NCBI GenBank assembly: GCA_963699545.1 | Contig: CAVOUE010000003.1 | Location: 704,001 to 768,000, forward strand | Reading direction: 5' to 3' | Source: Nitrospirota bacterium | Lineage (GTDB): Bacteria > Nitrospirota > Thermodesulfovibrionia > Thermodesulfovibrionales > UBA9159 | Length of the DNA stretch: 64,000 bases | In this document: positions 53,264-63,507 of the stretch, piece by piece | Numbering within the stretch: the stretch's first letter is position 1 | Layout of the letters: each line of letters begins with the position of its first letter | Program-made: the position numbers and the translations under genes | The notes under the pieces: generated by a model | Databases searched by the model: none | What the model saw: only the letters and a program-made list of their open reading frames with translations | What the model was told of the DNA's origin: nothing

Positions 53264-53280
53264 GACCGGTCTTACCGGTC
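53264..53280 (+). promoter_or_regulatory. Second FadR-type palindrome upstream of the oxidoreductase genes
   Basis: GACCGGT-CTT-ACCGGTC (GGT-N3-ACC core). Confidence 0.6.
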
Positions 53281-53294
53281 AACACTGAGGAGGT

Positions 53295-53939
53295 ATGCTA
53301 ATGGCCAAAATTCACGAAATAACGGTATGGACGCGAGGGGTGCTCATGGACAAGGAAGGCCGTGATATTGCAAGCGCTTTCGGTGATGCGGTTGCAATGG
53401 AAGGCAAACACGTCCAGGTATTCGACAACTATGAAGACCTGCCGGACCGCGTGCTGGTCACTACCCGGAAATATGTCAGGGTCAGCGACGAAGAGATCGA
53501 GCACAAGTATGTATACACCAATGACCATCCTGAAGTGGTTGTTGTTGCCGAACCTACCATAGTCAAAGGGATCAATGTGCTGAGGGGCATGCAGGAAGGC
53601 GGTCTTTTGCTCATCAATACCAACCGCCCGATCGATTACATGCTCAAGTTCATTCCCAACGCTGATCTGCTCGGCGCCATTGCCACGGTGGACGCGGACG
53701 GAATATCCGGAGTGCGGACAGTTGACTTCTCGGGGTCTGAGGGCGGCGTTGACTCTGTTGGAGTCGGCGCCGGCATCGCGGCCCCCATCGTCGGCGCAAT
53801 GGCAAGGGTCACTGGCATGGCAAAGAAGGAGAATCTTGCCAAGATCGTCAAGGATGTGGCAGGAATGGAAAGGGGATACAACGAGGTGAAACTGCAGAAG
53901 TTCCGCAAGGCCCGCGCCGAGTACTCATGGGGCGGGTAG
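53295..53939 (+). CDS. Oxalate oxidoreductase-type OFOR gamma subunit (domain III)
   Basis: ITVW.RGV.M.K..RDI, NY.DLPDR, G.GAGIAAPI; as recalled, matches the N-terminal part of Moorella OOR delta. Confidence 0.82.
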   Translation: MLMAKIHEITVWTRGVLMDKEGRDIASAFGDAVAMEGKHVQVFDNYEDLPDRVLVTTRKYVRVSDEEIEHKYVYTNDHPEVVVVAEPTIVKGINVLRGMQEGGLLLINTNRPIDYMLKFIPNADLLGAIATVDADGISGVRTVDFSGSEGGVDSVGVGAGIAAPIVGAMARVTGMAKKENLAKIVKDVAGMERGYNEVKLQKFRKARAEYSWGG

Positions 53940-53983
53940 GAAACAGCAGAGAGCGTAAACAAAAAGGATACAAGGAGGATACT

Positions 53984-54337
53984 ATGTCCAAGAAGCTTCC
54001 AGAATTCGGGACGATCAATGTCCCACACGACAGGTCAGTACCCTTCGGGGCGGTCACACCGGCCCCGGTACACCAGCAGGATCTTTTCATGACCTCGAAC
54101 TGGCGGATCGTCCGGCCTGTTATCGATGATGAAAAGTGCACACGCTGTCTCACCTGCTACATCGCGTGTCCCGATTCGTGCTGGTCATACAATGTAAAAG
54201 AAGACGTCATGGAATGGAACGAAAGCTTCTGCAAGGGCTGCCAGATCTGCATCAAACAGTGCCCTTCCGATGCACTGAGCGCAGTTGCTGAACTTGATTT
54301 TGAGGACGGTGTGGTCCGTCTCGAAAAACCCTTTTAG
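53984..54337 (+). CDS. OFOR 2[4Fe-4S] ferredoxin-like delta subunit
   Basis: NWRI.RP.ID, CTRCLTC...CP, CKGCQIC...CP, ELDF.D. Confidence 0.9.
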   Translation: MSKKLPEFGTINVPHDRSVPFGAVTPAPVHQQDLFMTSNWRIVRPVIDDEKCTRCLTCYIACPDSCWSYNVKEDVMEWNESFCKGCQICIKQCPSDALSAVAELDFEDGVVRLEKPF

Positions 54338-54355
54338 GGAGGAGGAGAAAATACT

Positions 54356-55543
54356 ATGGCTCACGAAAAGATGTTAACCGGCTGCTCTGCAGCAGCCCAG
54401 GCTCTGAAGCTTGCGGAAGTGGAAGTGATCTGCTCCTATCCGATCCGCCCTTATACGGCGATCATGATGGAGCTTGCCAAGATGGTCGCCAATGGCGAGC
54501 TGGACGCGGAATTCGTGCACGGTGAAGGTGAGCATGCACAGCTGTCCGTGGTGTTGGGCGCCTCTGCCTGTGGTGCGCGGGCCGTAACAGGAAGTGCAGG
54601 GGTGGGAGTCACCTATGCCTTTGAATTATACAGTCCTGTGGCAGGGGGCCGTTATCCCCTCCAGATGACCATCGCCGACCGTACGCTCGATCCTCCCGGT
54701 GATTTCGGTTCCGAGCATACCGATGCGATGTCCACCCGGGACCAGGGTTGGATCCTCGGCTGGGCCTCCAGTCCCCAGGAGGTATTTGATAACACACTCA
54801 TGGGCTACCGCATCGGGGAGGATCCCCGTATCATGCTCCCCCAGATGACCTGTCAGGACGGGTATTTCATATCCCATATCCCGGACAAGGTGAAACTCGC
54901 GGACCTGAAACAGGTTAAGGAGTTCCTGCCCCCTTACAGCGCTCCCCATCCTCTCAGCACGACATGCCCCGTGTCCCATGGTCCACAGATCAGACCGGAC
55001 CAGGGAGCACCTATGGATGCCCAGAGAGCGGCGACCTTCCTTGAACTGCCAAAGGTCATAAAAGAGGCAACGGAGGATTTCAACCGTATCTTCGGACGGA
55101 ACTATGCCCCGTTCCTCGAAAAGTACAAGCTCGAAGACGCTGAGATAGCGTTCTTCATTCAGGGCGCCCATGCCAACACCTGCAGGAGGGCGGTAGATGC
55201 ACTCCGCAAAAAGGGCGTGAAGGCAGGTATGGCACGTCCCCGCTGGGTCCGTCCATGGCCTACCCGGGAGATCGCAGAGGCCCTGGGGCATGTCAAGGCT
55301 GTCGGAAGTATCGAGACCAGCACATCCTACGGAGGGGCAATGAGAGGTGGCAACCTGATCCATGAGCTCCGCGCCTCCCTGTATGACCTGGACGAGAGAC
55401 CCCTTACGACATCTTTCATGGCCGGTCTCGGTGGTGAAACTATATGGCCCGAGGATTTCGAGTTCATGGCAAAGGTCCTCTCGCAGATGATCAAGGAGAA
55501 GAGGACCAGGAAGTACGTGTACTGGATAGGCTTCGAAGAATAA
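54356..55543 (+). CDS. Oxalate oxidoreductase alpha subunit
   Basis: YPIRP (R31), GEGEH (E59), ADRTLDPPGDF (R109, D116, F117), GPQ (Q211). Confidence 0.88.
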   Translation: MAHEKMLTGCSAAAQALKLAEVEVICSYPIRPYTAIMMELAKMVANGELDAEFVHGEGEHAQLSVVLGASACGARAVTGSAGVGVTYAFELYSPVAGGRYPLQMTIADRTLDPPGDFGSEHTDAMSTRDQGWILGWASSPQEVFDNTLMGYRIGEDPRIMLPQMTCQDGYFISHIPDKVKLADLKQVKEFLPPYSAPHPLSTTCPVSHGPQIRPDQGAPMDAQRAATFLELPKVIKEATEDFNRIFGRNYAPFLEKYKLEDAEIAFFIQGAHANTCRRAVDALRKKGVKAGMARPRWVRPWPTREIAEALGHVKAVGSIETSTSYGGAMRGGNLIHELRASLYDLDERPLTTSFMAGLGGETIWPEDFEFMAKVLSQMIKEKRTRKYVYWIGFEE

Positions 55544-55572
55544 AACTCAATTGATGACACGGAGGATAATGA

Positions 55573-56565
<993 letters not shown>

Positions 56566-56610
56566 TTGTAGTATCATGGGAAGAAGGCTGTTCGGCAATG
56601 GAGGGGGTGA

Positions 56611-56683
56611 TGTCATTGCAGGGAACGATACGATCGAAATGCAAAGAGAGATCGCCTCGCTCCCCCGCAGTGGCTCTGTGACA
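56611..56683. repeat. Degenerate REP-like element
   Basis: TGTCATTGC...GAGATCGCCTCGCTC...TGACA, with inverted TGTCA/TGACA ends. Confidence 0.35.
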
Positions 56684-56772
56684 GAAAACGGCGCAGCGCC
56701 CTGATGTTCCCGTGCACTGCGCAATGCGGATCGTCTCTTGAGGAAAGAGATGAGAGAAAGGGAGGCAAGGTC

Positions 56773-57765
56773 ATGGAAAGAACATTCTCAGGATTGAAAA
56801 TCGCTCTGGGTCTGGTTTGCTGTCTTGCGCTGTTTATCGTTTCAATCGGAACAGCAACCGCCTGGGAACCTACAAAGCCTGTAGAGTTTATTGTCCCTGC
56901 AGGAACCGGCGGTGGCGCTGATGTTATGGCAAGATTTGTCAGCCCGATTATAGAGAAGTATAAGTTATCACCAAAACCCTTCATCGTTATAAACAAGTCA
57001 GGTGGAGCAGGAGCAGAAGGAATGCTCTATGTAAAAGGAAAGAACAAGGATCCGCACGTGATCATCATAACGCTGGACAACCTGTTCACGACACCGGCAG
57101 CGACCGGGGTCCCGTTCAACTGGAAGGATCTGACATCAATTTCGCGACTTGCTCTGGACTATTTTGTTCTCTGGGTAAATGCGGAATCCCCGTACAAGAC
57201 TGCCAAGGAGTATCTGGACGCGGTGAAGAAGCAGCCGGGCAAGTTTAATATGGCGGGAACGGGAACAGCGCAAGAGGACCAGATAATCACGGTCATGCTG
57301 GACCAGACCTTTGGGACGAAGTTTTCTTACGTACCCTTCAAGGGCGGAGGTGAAGTGGCAGTCGAGCTGGTGGGTAAGCACGTCGACTCAACGGTGAACA
57401 ACCCTGCTGAGGCGGTAAGCCACTGGAAGGCGAAGAGGCTGCGGCCGCTGGCGGCGATAGACCATCAGCGTATCGACCTGCCTGACTGGAAGACCATCCC
57501 GACCATGAAGGAGGCGACCGGCGTGGACATGAGCTATCTCATGCTCCGGGGAATATTTGCTGCACCCGGAATCACGAAGGAACAGCAGGATTTCTATGTG
57601 AACGTAATGAAGAAGGTGACCGAGACGCCAGAATGGAAAAAATACATATCGGACATGGGGCTGAAGGGAGCATTCCTTTCAGGACCTGAGTATGTGAAGT
57701 GGCTTGAGGAGAAGGAGAAGATGACGAAGGACCTGATGTCAAAAGGGGGTCTGCTCAAGAAGTAA
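56773..57765 (+). CDS. tctC: Tripartite tricarboxylate transporter substrate-binding protein
   Basis: PAGTGGGAD..AR, N.SGGAG, VPFKGGG, RGIFAAPG. Confidence 0.93.
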   Translation: MERTFSGLKIALGLVCCLALFIVSIGTATAWEPTKPVEFIVPAGTGGGADVMARFVSPIIEKYKLSPKPFIVINKSGGAGAEGMLYVKGKNKDPHVIIITLDNLFTTPAATGVPFNWKDLTSISRLALDYFVLWVNAESPYKTAKEYLDAVKKQPGKFNMAGTGTAQEDQIITVMLDQTFGTKFSYVPFKGGGEVAVELVGKHVDSTVNNPAEAVSHWKAKRLRPLAAIDHQRIDLPDWKTIPTMKEATGVDMSYLMLRGIFAAPGITKEQQDFYVNVMKKVTETPEWKKYISDMGLKGAFLSGPEYVKWLEEKEKMTKDLMSKGGLLKK

Positions 57766-57854
57766 TACAAACAGCATCCTGAAGCGAGGGAGCGGGATCA
57801 TCGTCTCGCTCCCCGCCAGGTTTTCTTAGTCAGGCATGTCAAAGGGGAGGTTAC

Positions 57855-58331
57855 ATGCGAAAGGCTGAAATATTTGTTGCCCTGCTGTTGTTGTCTATAG
57901 GGATCATTACTCTCGTTGATTCTGTGAGGCTTGGTTTCGGATGGGGAACGAGCGGTCCGGAATCCGGGTTTTTCCCTTTCTATCTGGGATTGGGCCAGGT
58001 CATATGCTCTGTCCTCGTCTTGCGTAACGTTATCGAGAAGTACAAGAAAGAGGGAGCGAGGAAACGTCTCATGCCGGAAGGGGCGTTAAAGCCGATCCTC
58101 TGGATCTTAGTCCCGGCAACAGTGATGATCGTGATCACAGAATTCGTGGGGCTCCACATCGCAGCTGCCATTTATCTGGCGTTTTACATGCGCGCTTCGG
58201 AAAAGGTGGGGTGGATCACAGTGATACTTGTCAGTGTTCTGGTGCCCGCAGGGCTCTATATAGCTTTTGACAAGCTGTTCCTGGTCCCTCTCCCCCAGGG
58301 GTTGTGGGGTGCTAAACTGATACCATTCTAA
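57855..58331 (+). CDS. tctB: TTT small membrane subunit
   Basis: GP.SGFFP, F...F.VPLP.G. Confidence 0.9.
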   Translation: MRKAEIFVALLLLSIGIITLVDSVRLGFGWGTSGPESGFFPFYLGLGQVICSVLVLRNVIEKYKKEGARKRLMPEGALKPILWILVPATVMIVITEFVGLHIAAAIYLAFYMRASEKVGWITVILVSVLVPAGLYIAFDKLFLVPLPQGLWGAKLIPF

Positions 58332-58361
58332 AAAAGGCTATCCGAAAAGGGAGGAACGTAC

Positions 58362-59864
58362 ATGGGAGCAGATATTAATAATCTGATAATGGGCCTCGGC
58401 GTTGCACTACAGACCTACAACATCATGATTGCCATTATCGGACTTCTTCTCGGAATCATCGTCGGAGTGCTGCCCGGCCTTGGCGGGGCAAACGGCGTGG
58501 CCATACTTATACCCGTCGTTGTTTCGATGCCCGCTACCACGGGGGTCATTCTTTTATCGAGCATATACTGGGGTGCTCTGTATGGCGGAAGCATCACCTC
58601 AATCCTTTTTAACATACCCGGTGAGCCGTGGTCAGTGGCGACCACATTCGATGGTTACCCCATGGCGAAGAAAGGAAAGGCCGGGATGGCGCTTGTCCTC
58701 GCTTTCCTTTCCCATGGGGTAGGGGGGCTTTTCGGCGTCATCATGCTCACCTTCTTTGCACCCATCATCGCAGAGTTTGCCCTGAAGTTCGGCCCTGCTG
58801 AGATCTTTGCGGTCATGGTCCTCACCTTCAGCGCATTTGTCGGACTGGGCGGCAAATCCCCCCTGAAGACCGTGGCGTCCATCCTGTTCGGTTTCATCCT
58901 GGCGGCAATAGGTATGGACATTGTGAGCGGGCAACTCCGCATGACCTTTGGCTCTGTGGACCTCATGGGAGGGTTCAGCTTTATTGTGGCAGTCATCGGC
59001 CTCTTTGGTCTGGGAGAAATATTTCTCACCGTTGAGGAAGGACTGAAAATGGAAGGGGTCAAGGCCAGGGTCGGCTTGAAGGATATCTGGGAAGGGATGA
59101 AGGAGTTGGTCCGCTACCCGAAGGCTCTCATTATGGGTACTCTCATTGGATGCTGGATGGGACTCAAGCCCGGGGGCGCAACCCCTGCCTCTTTCATGGC
59201 GTATGGCTTTGCAAAGCAGTCGGCGAAAAATAAGGATGAATTCGGGAAGGGGGCTTCCAATGGCATCATCGCCCCTGAGGCAGCGGCCCATGGCGCCGGA
59301 ACCTCTGCCACACTCCCCATGATCACCCTGGGAATCCCCGGTTCCCCCACCATGGCGGTCATTATGGGCGGGCTCATGATCTTCGGTCTTCAGCCCGGGC
59401 CGATGCTCTTTAAGGAGCATGCCGATTTTGTCTGGGGGCTTATTGCGAGCTGCTGGGTAGGAAATTTCATCGGGCTCTTCCTCGTCATGGCCTTTGCACC
59501 GATTTTTGCTGCTATTCTCAAGATCAGGTTCGCCATCATCTTGCCGATCATCGTGTACGTCTGCGCCATCGGCGCCTATGCGGTGAACAACAGGATGATC
59601 GACGTCTATTACATGATGATCTTCGGTGTGCTGGGGTATCTGTTCAAAAAACTGGATTATCCGCTTGCGCCTATGGTGCTCGCGCTGGTGCTGGGTGATA
59701 TGGCCGAACAGGCGATGAGGCAGGCCCTCATCATGGGACAGGGCAATCCCCTTGTCTTCTTCAGGCCTCCCCTTGCACTGCCCATTATGATCGTGGCGCT
59801 GATCATCTTCTTCTGGCCCGTGATCTCCTCGGTGAAACAGAAGTTGATGACGAAGAATGCGTAG
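58362..59864 (+). CDS. tctA: TTT large permease
   Basis: G.LPGLG, ILFNIPG, DGYPMA, TLGIPGS, PGP.LF. Confidence 0.95.
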   Translation: MGADINNLIMGLGVALQTYNIMIAIIGLLLGIIVGVLPGLGGANGVAILIPVVVSMPATTGVILLSSIYWGALYGGSITSILFNIPGEPWSVATTFDGYPMAKKGKAGMALVLAFLSHGVGGLFGVIMLTFFAPIIAEFALKFGPAEIFAVMVLTFSAFVGLGGKSPLKTVASILFGFILAAIGMDIVSGQLRMTFGSVDLMGGFSFIVAVIGLFGLGEIFLTVEEGLKMEGVKARVGLKDIWEGMKELVRYPKALIMGTLIGCWMGLKPGGATPASFMAYGFAKQSAKNKDEFGKGASNGIIAPEAAAHGAGTSATLPMITLGIPGSPTMAVIMGGLMIFGLQPGPMLFKEHADFVWGLIASCWVGNFIGLFLVMAFAPIFAAILKIRFAIILPIIVYVCAIGAYAVNNRMIDVYYMMIFGVLGYLFKKLDYPLAPMVLALVLGDMAEQAMRQALIMGQGNPLVFFRPPLALPIMIVALIIFFWPVISSVKQKLMTKNA

Positions 59865-59876
59865 GATAGGTTCACC

Positions 59877-60040
59877 GTGAAGTTCTTGATCACCGGCGGT
59901 GCAAGACCTGTTGGTCGAACCCTGACCTCTCACTGTCGGAAAAAGGACATCAGGTGAGGGTGGTGGACAAGAATGCCGGTACACTTCAGGGCTTACTCAC
60001 AAGAACGTAGAGATGGTCATGGGGAAGGTGAAAGACCACC
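59877..60040 (+). pseudogene. Remnant of an NAD-dependent epimerase/SDR N-terminus
   Basis: MKFLITGGA..VGR.LT, then frameshifted GHQVRVVDK. Confidence 0.6.
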
Positions 60041-60067
60041 CATTGGCATAAATAGGCAGGAGGTTTT

Positions 60068-62785
60068 ATGGTAAACGGAATCTGGCATTCAATGGAGGCA
60101 GCACAGGTCTTAAAGGAGCTTGATACTGATATCCATCAAGGTTTAACAGAGGATGAAGCTGCAAGGCGTATCGAAAGATACGGCTATAATGAACTGAGAA
60201 AAGAAGACAAGGTTTCGCCGTTCACCATTTTCATAAACCAGTTCAAGAATTACCTTATCATTATCCTTCTCATCGCAACTGTCCTTTCTGCAGCAGTTGG
60301 TGAGGTGGTTGATGCTATCCTGATACTGGTAATAGTTATATTCTGTGCAGTATTAGGCTTTGTCCAGGAGTATCGGGCAGGACGTGCCCTTGAGGCACTG
60401 AAGAAGATGCTTTCCCCTACCATAACGGTACTCAGGGGAGGGAAAGAGGAGGAGATTCCATCAAAGGATCTTGTCCCTGGTGATATTCTGCTCCTCGAGG
60501 CAGGAGATAAGATACCTGCTGATGCCAGATTAGTAGAAAATCATTCCTTAAGGTGCGATGAGGCTCCCCTCACTGGAGAATCCCTTCCTGTTGGTAAAGA
60601 TATAAAGTCAGTGGTAGCAGATGCACCTGTAGGTGACAGGAAGAACATGGTCTTTACCGGAACTACTGCCACTTATGGCAGGGGTAAGGCAACCGTCACG
60701 TCAACAGGTATGCACACGGAGTTTGGAAAGATCGCCGAAGAGGTGATGGCGGCAAAGACAGAGAGGACGCCCCTCGAGAAGAGGACGGAAGAGATAGGGA
60801 AATGGCTTGGTATAATCGCCATCGGCATCTGCTTCCTCGTTGCGGGGATCAGCATAGTAAGGGAGCTTATGGGCGGTGGGAGGGTCGATCTGACATTCAT
60901 AATAACTATGGTAATGTTTGCGGTATCGCTTGCTGTCGCTGCAGTCCCTGAGGCACTTGCTGCCATTGTTACAGGCGCCCTCGCAATCGGTATGCACCAG
61001 ATGGCAAAAAGGAATGCCCTTGTGAGGAAGATGCCCGCAGTGGAGACCCTGGGCTGCACCACGGTGATATGCTCGGACAAGACAGGGACGCTCACAAAGG
61101 GGGAGATGACGGTAAGGAAGATGTTCACCATGGGTAAAACGATTGAAGTTACCGGTGCAGGATATGCACCTGCAGGAGAGTTTAGAGGATCAGGACCAAT
61201 CGATATATCAAAAAGTAACTCCTTTCAGATGCTGCTTAAAGGCGGGATATTATGTAATGACTCAGACCTTCATGAGAAAGAGGGGAAATGGCTCATTAAG
61301 GGAGACCCCACAGAGGGTGCCCTTGTTGTAGCAGCTGCAAAGGCAGGCATGCATATACATGAGCTGAGGCTCGAAAACCCCAGGGTAGAGGAGATACCCT
61401 TCAGCTCTGAGAGGAAGAGGATGACCACCATCCACCAGATGGAGGATGGCAAAAGGATGGCCTTCCTGAAGGGTGCTCCTGAAATAGTCTTTGAGAGATG
61501 TTCTCATATATTGGAAGATGGCGGGATGAGAAAGCTTAATGATTCTGATAAGGCTCAGATTCTTAAGATGAATGAAGGGATGGCCAAGGATGCATTGAGA
61601 GTTTTGGGAATAGCCTATAGAGACGTCCCTGATGGAATCGCCTATTCAGAAGATGCTGTTGAAAATGATATGGTATTCGTCGGCCTTGCAGGTATGATGG
61701 ATCCGCCAAGAGAAGAAGCGATTGAAGCAACAAAGGTATGCAAACAGGTAGGCATTAGACCGATTATGATTACAGGAGATCATAAACTCACAGCAGTAGC
61801 CATTGCAAAGGAGATCGGTATTTACAGAGAAGGAGATATGGTGCTCGTAGGTGAGGAATTGGAAAAGATGTCTGATGAGGAATTCAGGAAGGTTGTGGAT
61901 AGGGTAACTGTCTATGCCAGGGTATCCCCTATGGATAAATTGAAGATAGTCAAGGCATGGAAGGCTAAGGGCGAGGTAGTAGCGATGACCGGAGATGGTG
62001 TGAATGATGCACCTGCACTCAAACATGCTGACATCGGGATAGCCATGGGTATATCAGGCACAGAGGTGACAAAAGAGGCCGCAGATATGGTCTTAAGTGA
62101 CGATAACTTTGCAACGATAGTAAAGGCCATCGAGCTTGGAAGGTGGATATATGACAACATAAAGAAATACCTTTCTTACCTGGTCAGGTGTAACATCATA
62201 GAGGTATCGGTCATAGGAGGGGTCGTTTTGATTATGGGACCTGAATATCTTCCGCTTTCGGCAGCAGCCATACTGTATATAAACCTTGTGACCGACGGAC
62301 TTCCTGCCCTTGCCTTAGGGGTTGCACCACCTGAACCTGATATCATGGAAAGACCGCCGAGACATCCGAACGAAAGTGTCTTTTCATGGGATGTGAATTT
62401 CTTTATAGTCCTTGCCTTCTTGCTGGCAACACCTTTCTTCTACTTCCTCTTCTTCCATGACCTTGGTGAGATACAGGAGGCGAGGACAGAGATATTCTTT
62501 GCCTTTATAATACTGGAGTTTATCTTTGCCTTTAACTTCCGCTCGCTGAGATATACGGTTTTAGAGGCACCTCCGCATAAATGGCTTGTGCTTTCGATCA
62601 TTTCGCAGATTGTTCTGACGGTAATACTAATCCAGATCCCTGCTATCCGTGATGCCTTCGGGATAACAATACCTTCGACATCAGACCTTACGCTAATCAC
62701 GGGCTTCGGGTTTGCCGTATTTATCCTGATGGAGATTATGAAGGTAGTTCTGAGGAAGAAGATGCAGGTGGGAAAGCTGAGCTGA
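60068..62785 (+). CDS. P-type IIA (Ca2+-like) cation-transporting ATPase
   Basis: LTGES, AVPEAL, DKTGTLT, KGAPE, TGDGVNDAP, NLVTDG. Confidence 0.95.
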   Translation: MVNGIWHSMEAAQVLKELDTDIHQGLTEDEAARRIERYGYNELRKEDKVSPFTIFINQFKNYLIIILLIATVLSAAVGEVVDAILILVIVIFCAVLGFVQEYRAGRALEALKKMLSPTITVLRGGKEEEIPSKDLVPGDILLLEAGDKIPADARLVENHSLRCDEAPLTGESLPVGKDIKSVVADAPVGDRKNMVFTGTTATYGRGKATVTSTGMHTEFGKIAEEVMAAKTERTPLEKRTEEIGKWLGIIAIGICFLVAGISIVRELMGGGRVDLTFIITMVMFAVSLAVAAVPEALAAIVTGALAIGMHQMAKRNALVRKMPAVETLGCTTVICSDKTGTLTKGEMTVRKMFTMGKTIEVTGAGYAPAGEFRGSGPIDISKSNSFQMLLKGGILCNDSDLHEKEGKWLIKGDPTEGALVVAAAKAGMHIHELRLENPRVEEIPFSSERKRMTTIHQMEDGKRMAFLKGAPEIVFERCSHILEDGGMRKLNDSDKAQILKMNEGMAKDALRVLGIAYRDVPDGIAYSEDAVENDMVFVGLAGMMDPPREEAIEATKVCKQVGIRPIMITGDHKLTAVAIAKEIGIYREGDMVLVGEELEKMSDEEFRKVVDRVTVYARVSPMDKLKIVKAWKAKGEVVAMTGDGVNDAPALKHADIGIAMGISGTEVTKEAADMVLSDDNFATIVKAIELGRWIYDNIKKYLSYLVRCNIIEVSVIGGVVLIMGPEYLPLSAAAILYINLVTDGLPALALGVAPPEPDIMERPPRHPNESVFSWDVNFFIVLAFLLATPFFYFLFFHDLGEIQEARTEIFFAFIILEFIFAFNFRSLRYTVLEAPPHKWLVLSIISQIVLTVILIQIPAIRDAFGITIPSTSDLTLITGFGFAVFILMEIMKVVLRKKMQVGKLS

Positions 62786-62841
62786 CTATACACTTATTAA
62801 ACATAATTACAAAGAACAATTAATGGAGATAAGGAGGTTGT

Positions 62842-63321
62842 ATGTACAAGAATATTCTGTTACCGACGGACGGCTCTCTCCTCTCAAAGAAAGCGATAGA
62901 AAGCGGCATCTCGTTTGCGAAAGCCATCGGTGCCAAAGTGGTAGGACTCTACGTCAGTCCGAAGCTCTCCTTTCATGATATCCTGGAGATCCATGAGGAT
63001 GAGGAGCTCTGGGGACTGAAAGAAGCGGAGAAGGCGAAGAAGGCGCTGAGTCATTCTGAAGAACTGGAAAGGTCCATGGCCGGGAGGTATCTTTCCTTTA
63101 TCAAGACGAAGGCGAAGAAGGCCGGTCTGGCATGTGAGACGCTCCATCTGTCAGGGGAATCTCCGGCAGACGGGATCGTGAAAGTGGCAGCGGAGAAACG
63201 CTGCGACCTTATCGTTATGGCATCCCACGGCAGGACGGGGATATCAGGGGCGCTGCTGGGAAGCGTTACCCGGAAGGTCCTCGGCACCTCGAAGGTCCCT
63301 GTGCTCGTCTGCCGCTCTTGA
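62842..63321 (+). CDS. Universal stress protein
   Basis: YKNILLPTDGS, DLIVMASHGR.G.....LGSV. Confidence 0.95.
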   Translation: MYKNILLPTDGSLLSKKAIESGISFAKAIGAKVVGLYVSPKLSFHDILEIHEDEELWGLKEAEKAKKALSHSEELERSMAGRYLSFIKTKAKKAGLACETLHLSGESPADGIVKVAAEKRCDLIVMASHGRTGISGALLGSVTRKVLGTSKVPVLVCRS

Positions 63322-63507
63322 AACGGACAGTGAGCGGATCTCCTATGATATGCCGTGCTGCGGGGTTAAACGGCAAATATCGTAATAAAAATAATTCATT
63401 GCATTGGGAGTCTGGCGGTCTTGCCGCAGGGTTCTTTGTTCTGGTATACTATTTGCCATTTTGTACGTACACCGATATGGTGACGCCCGAAGAACTGGAG
63501 GATTCAC

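Noticed and set aside
60040-60060. Possible sigma54 promoter TGGCAT...GC before the P-type ATPase
   Set aside because: GG-to-GC spacing is one base short of the -24/-12 consensus.
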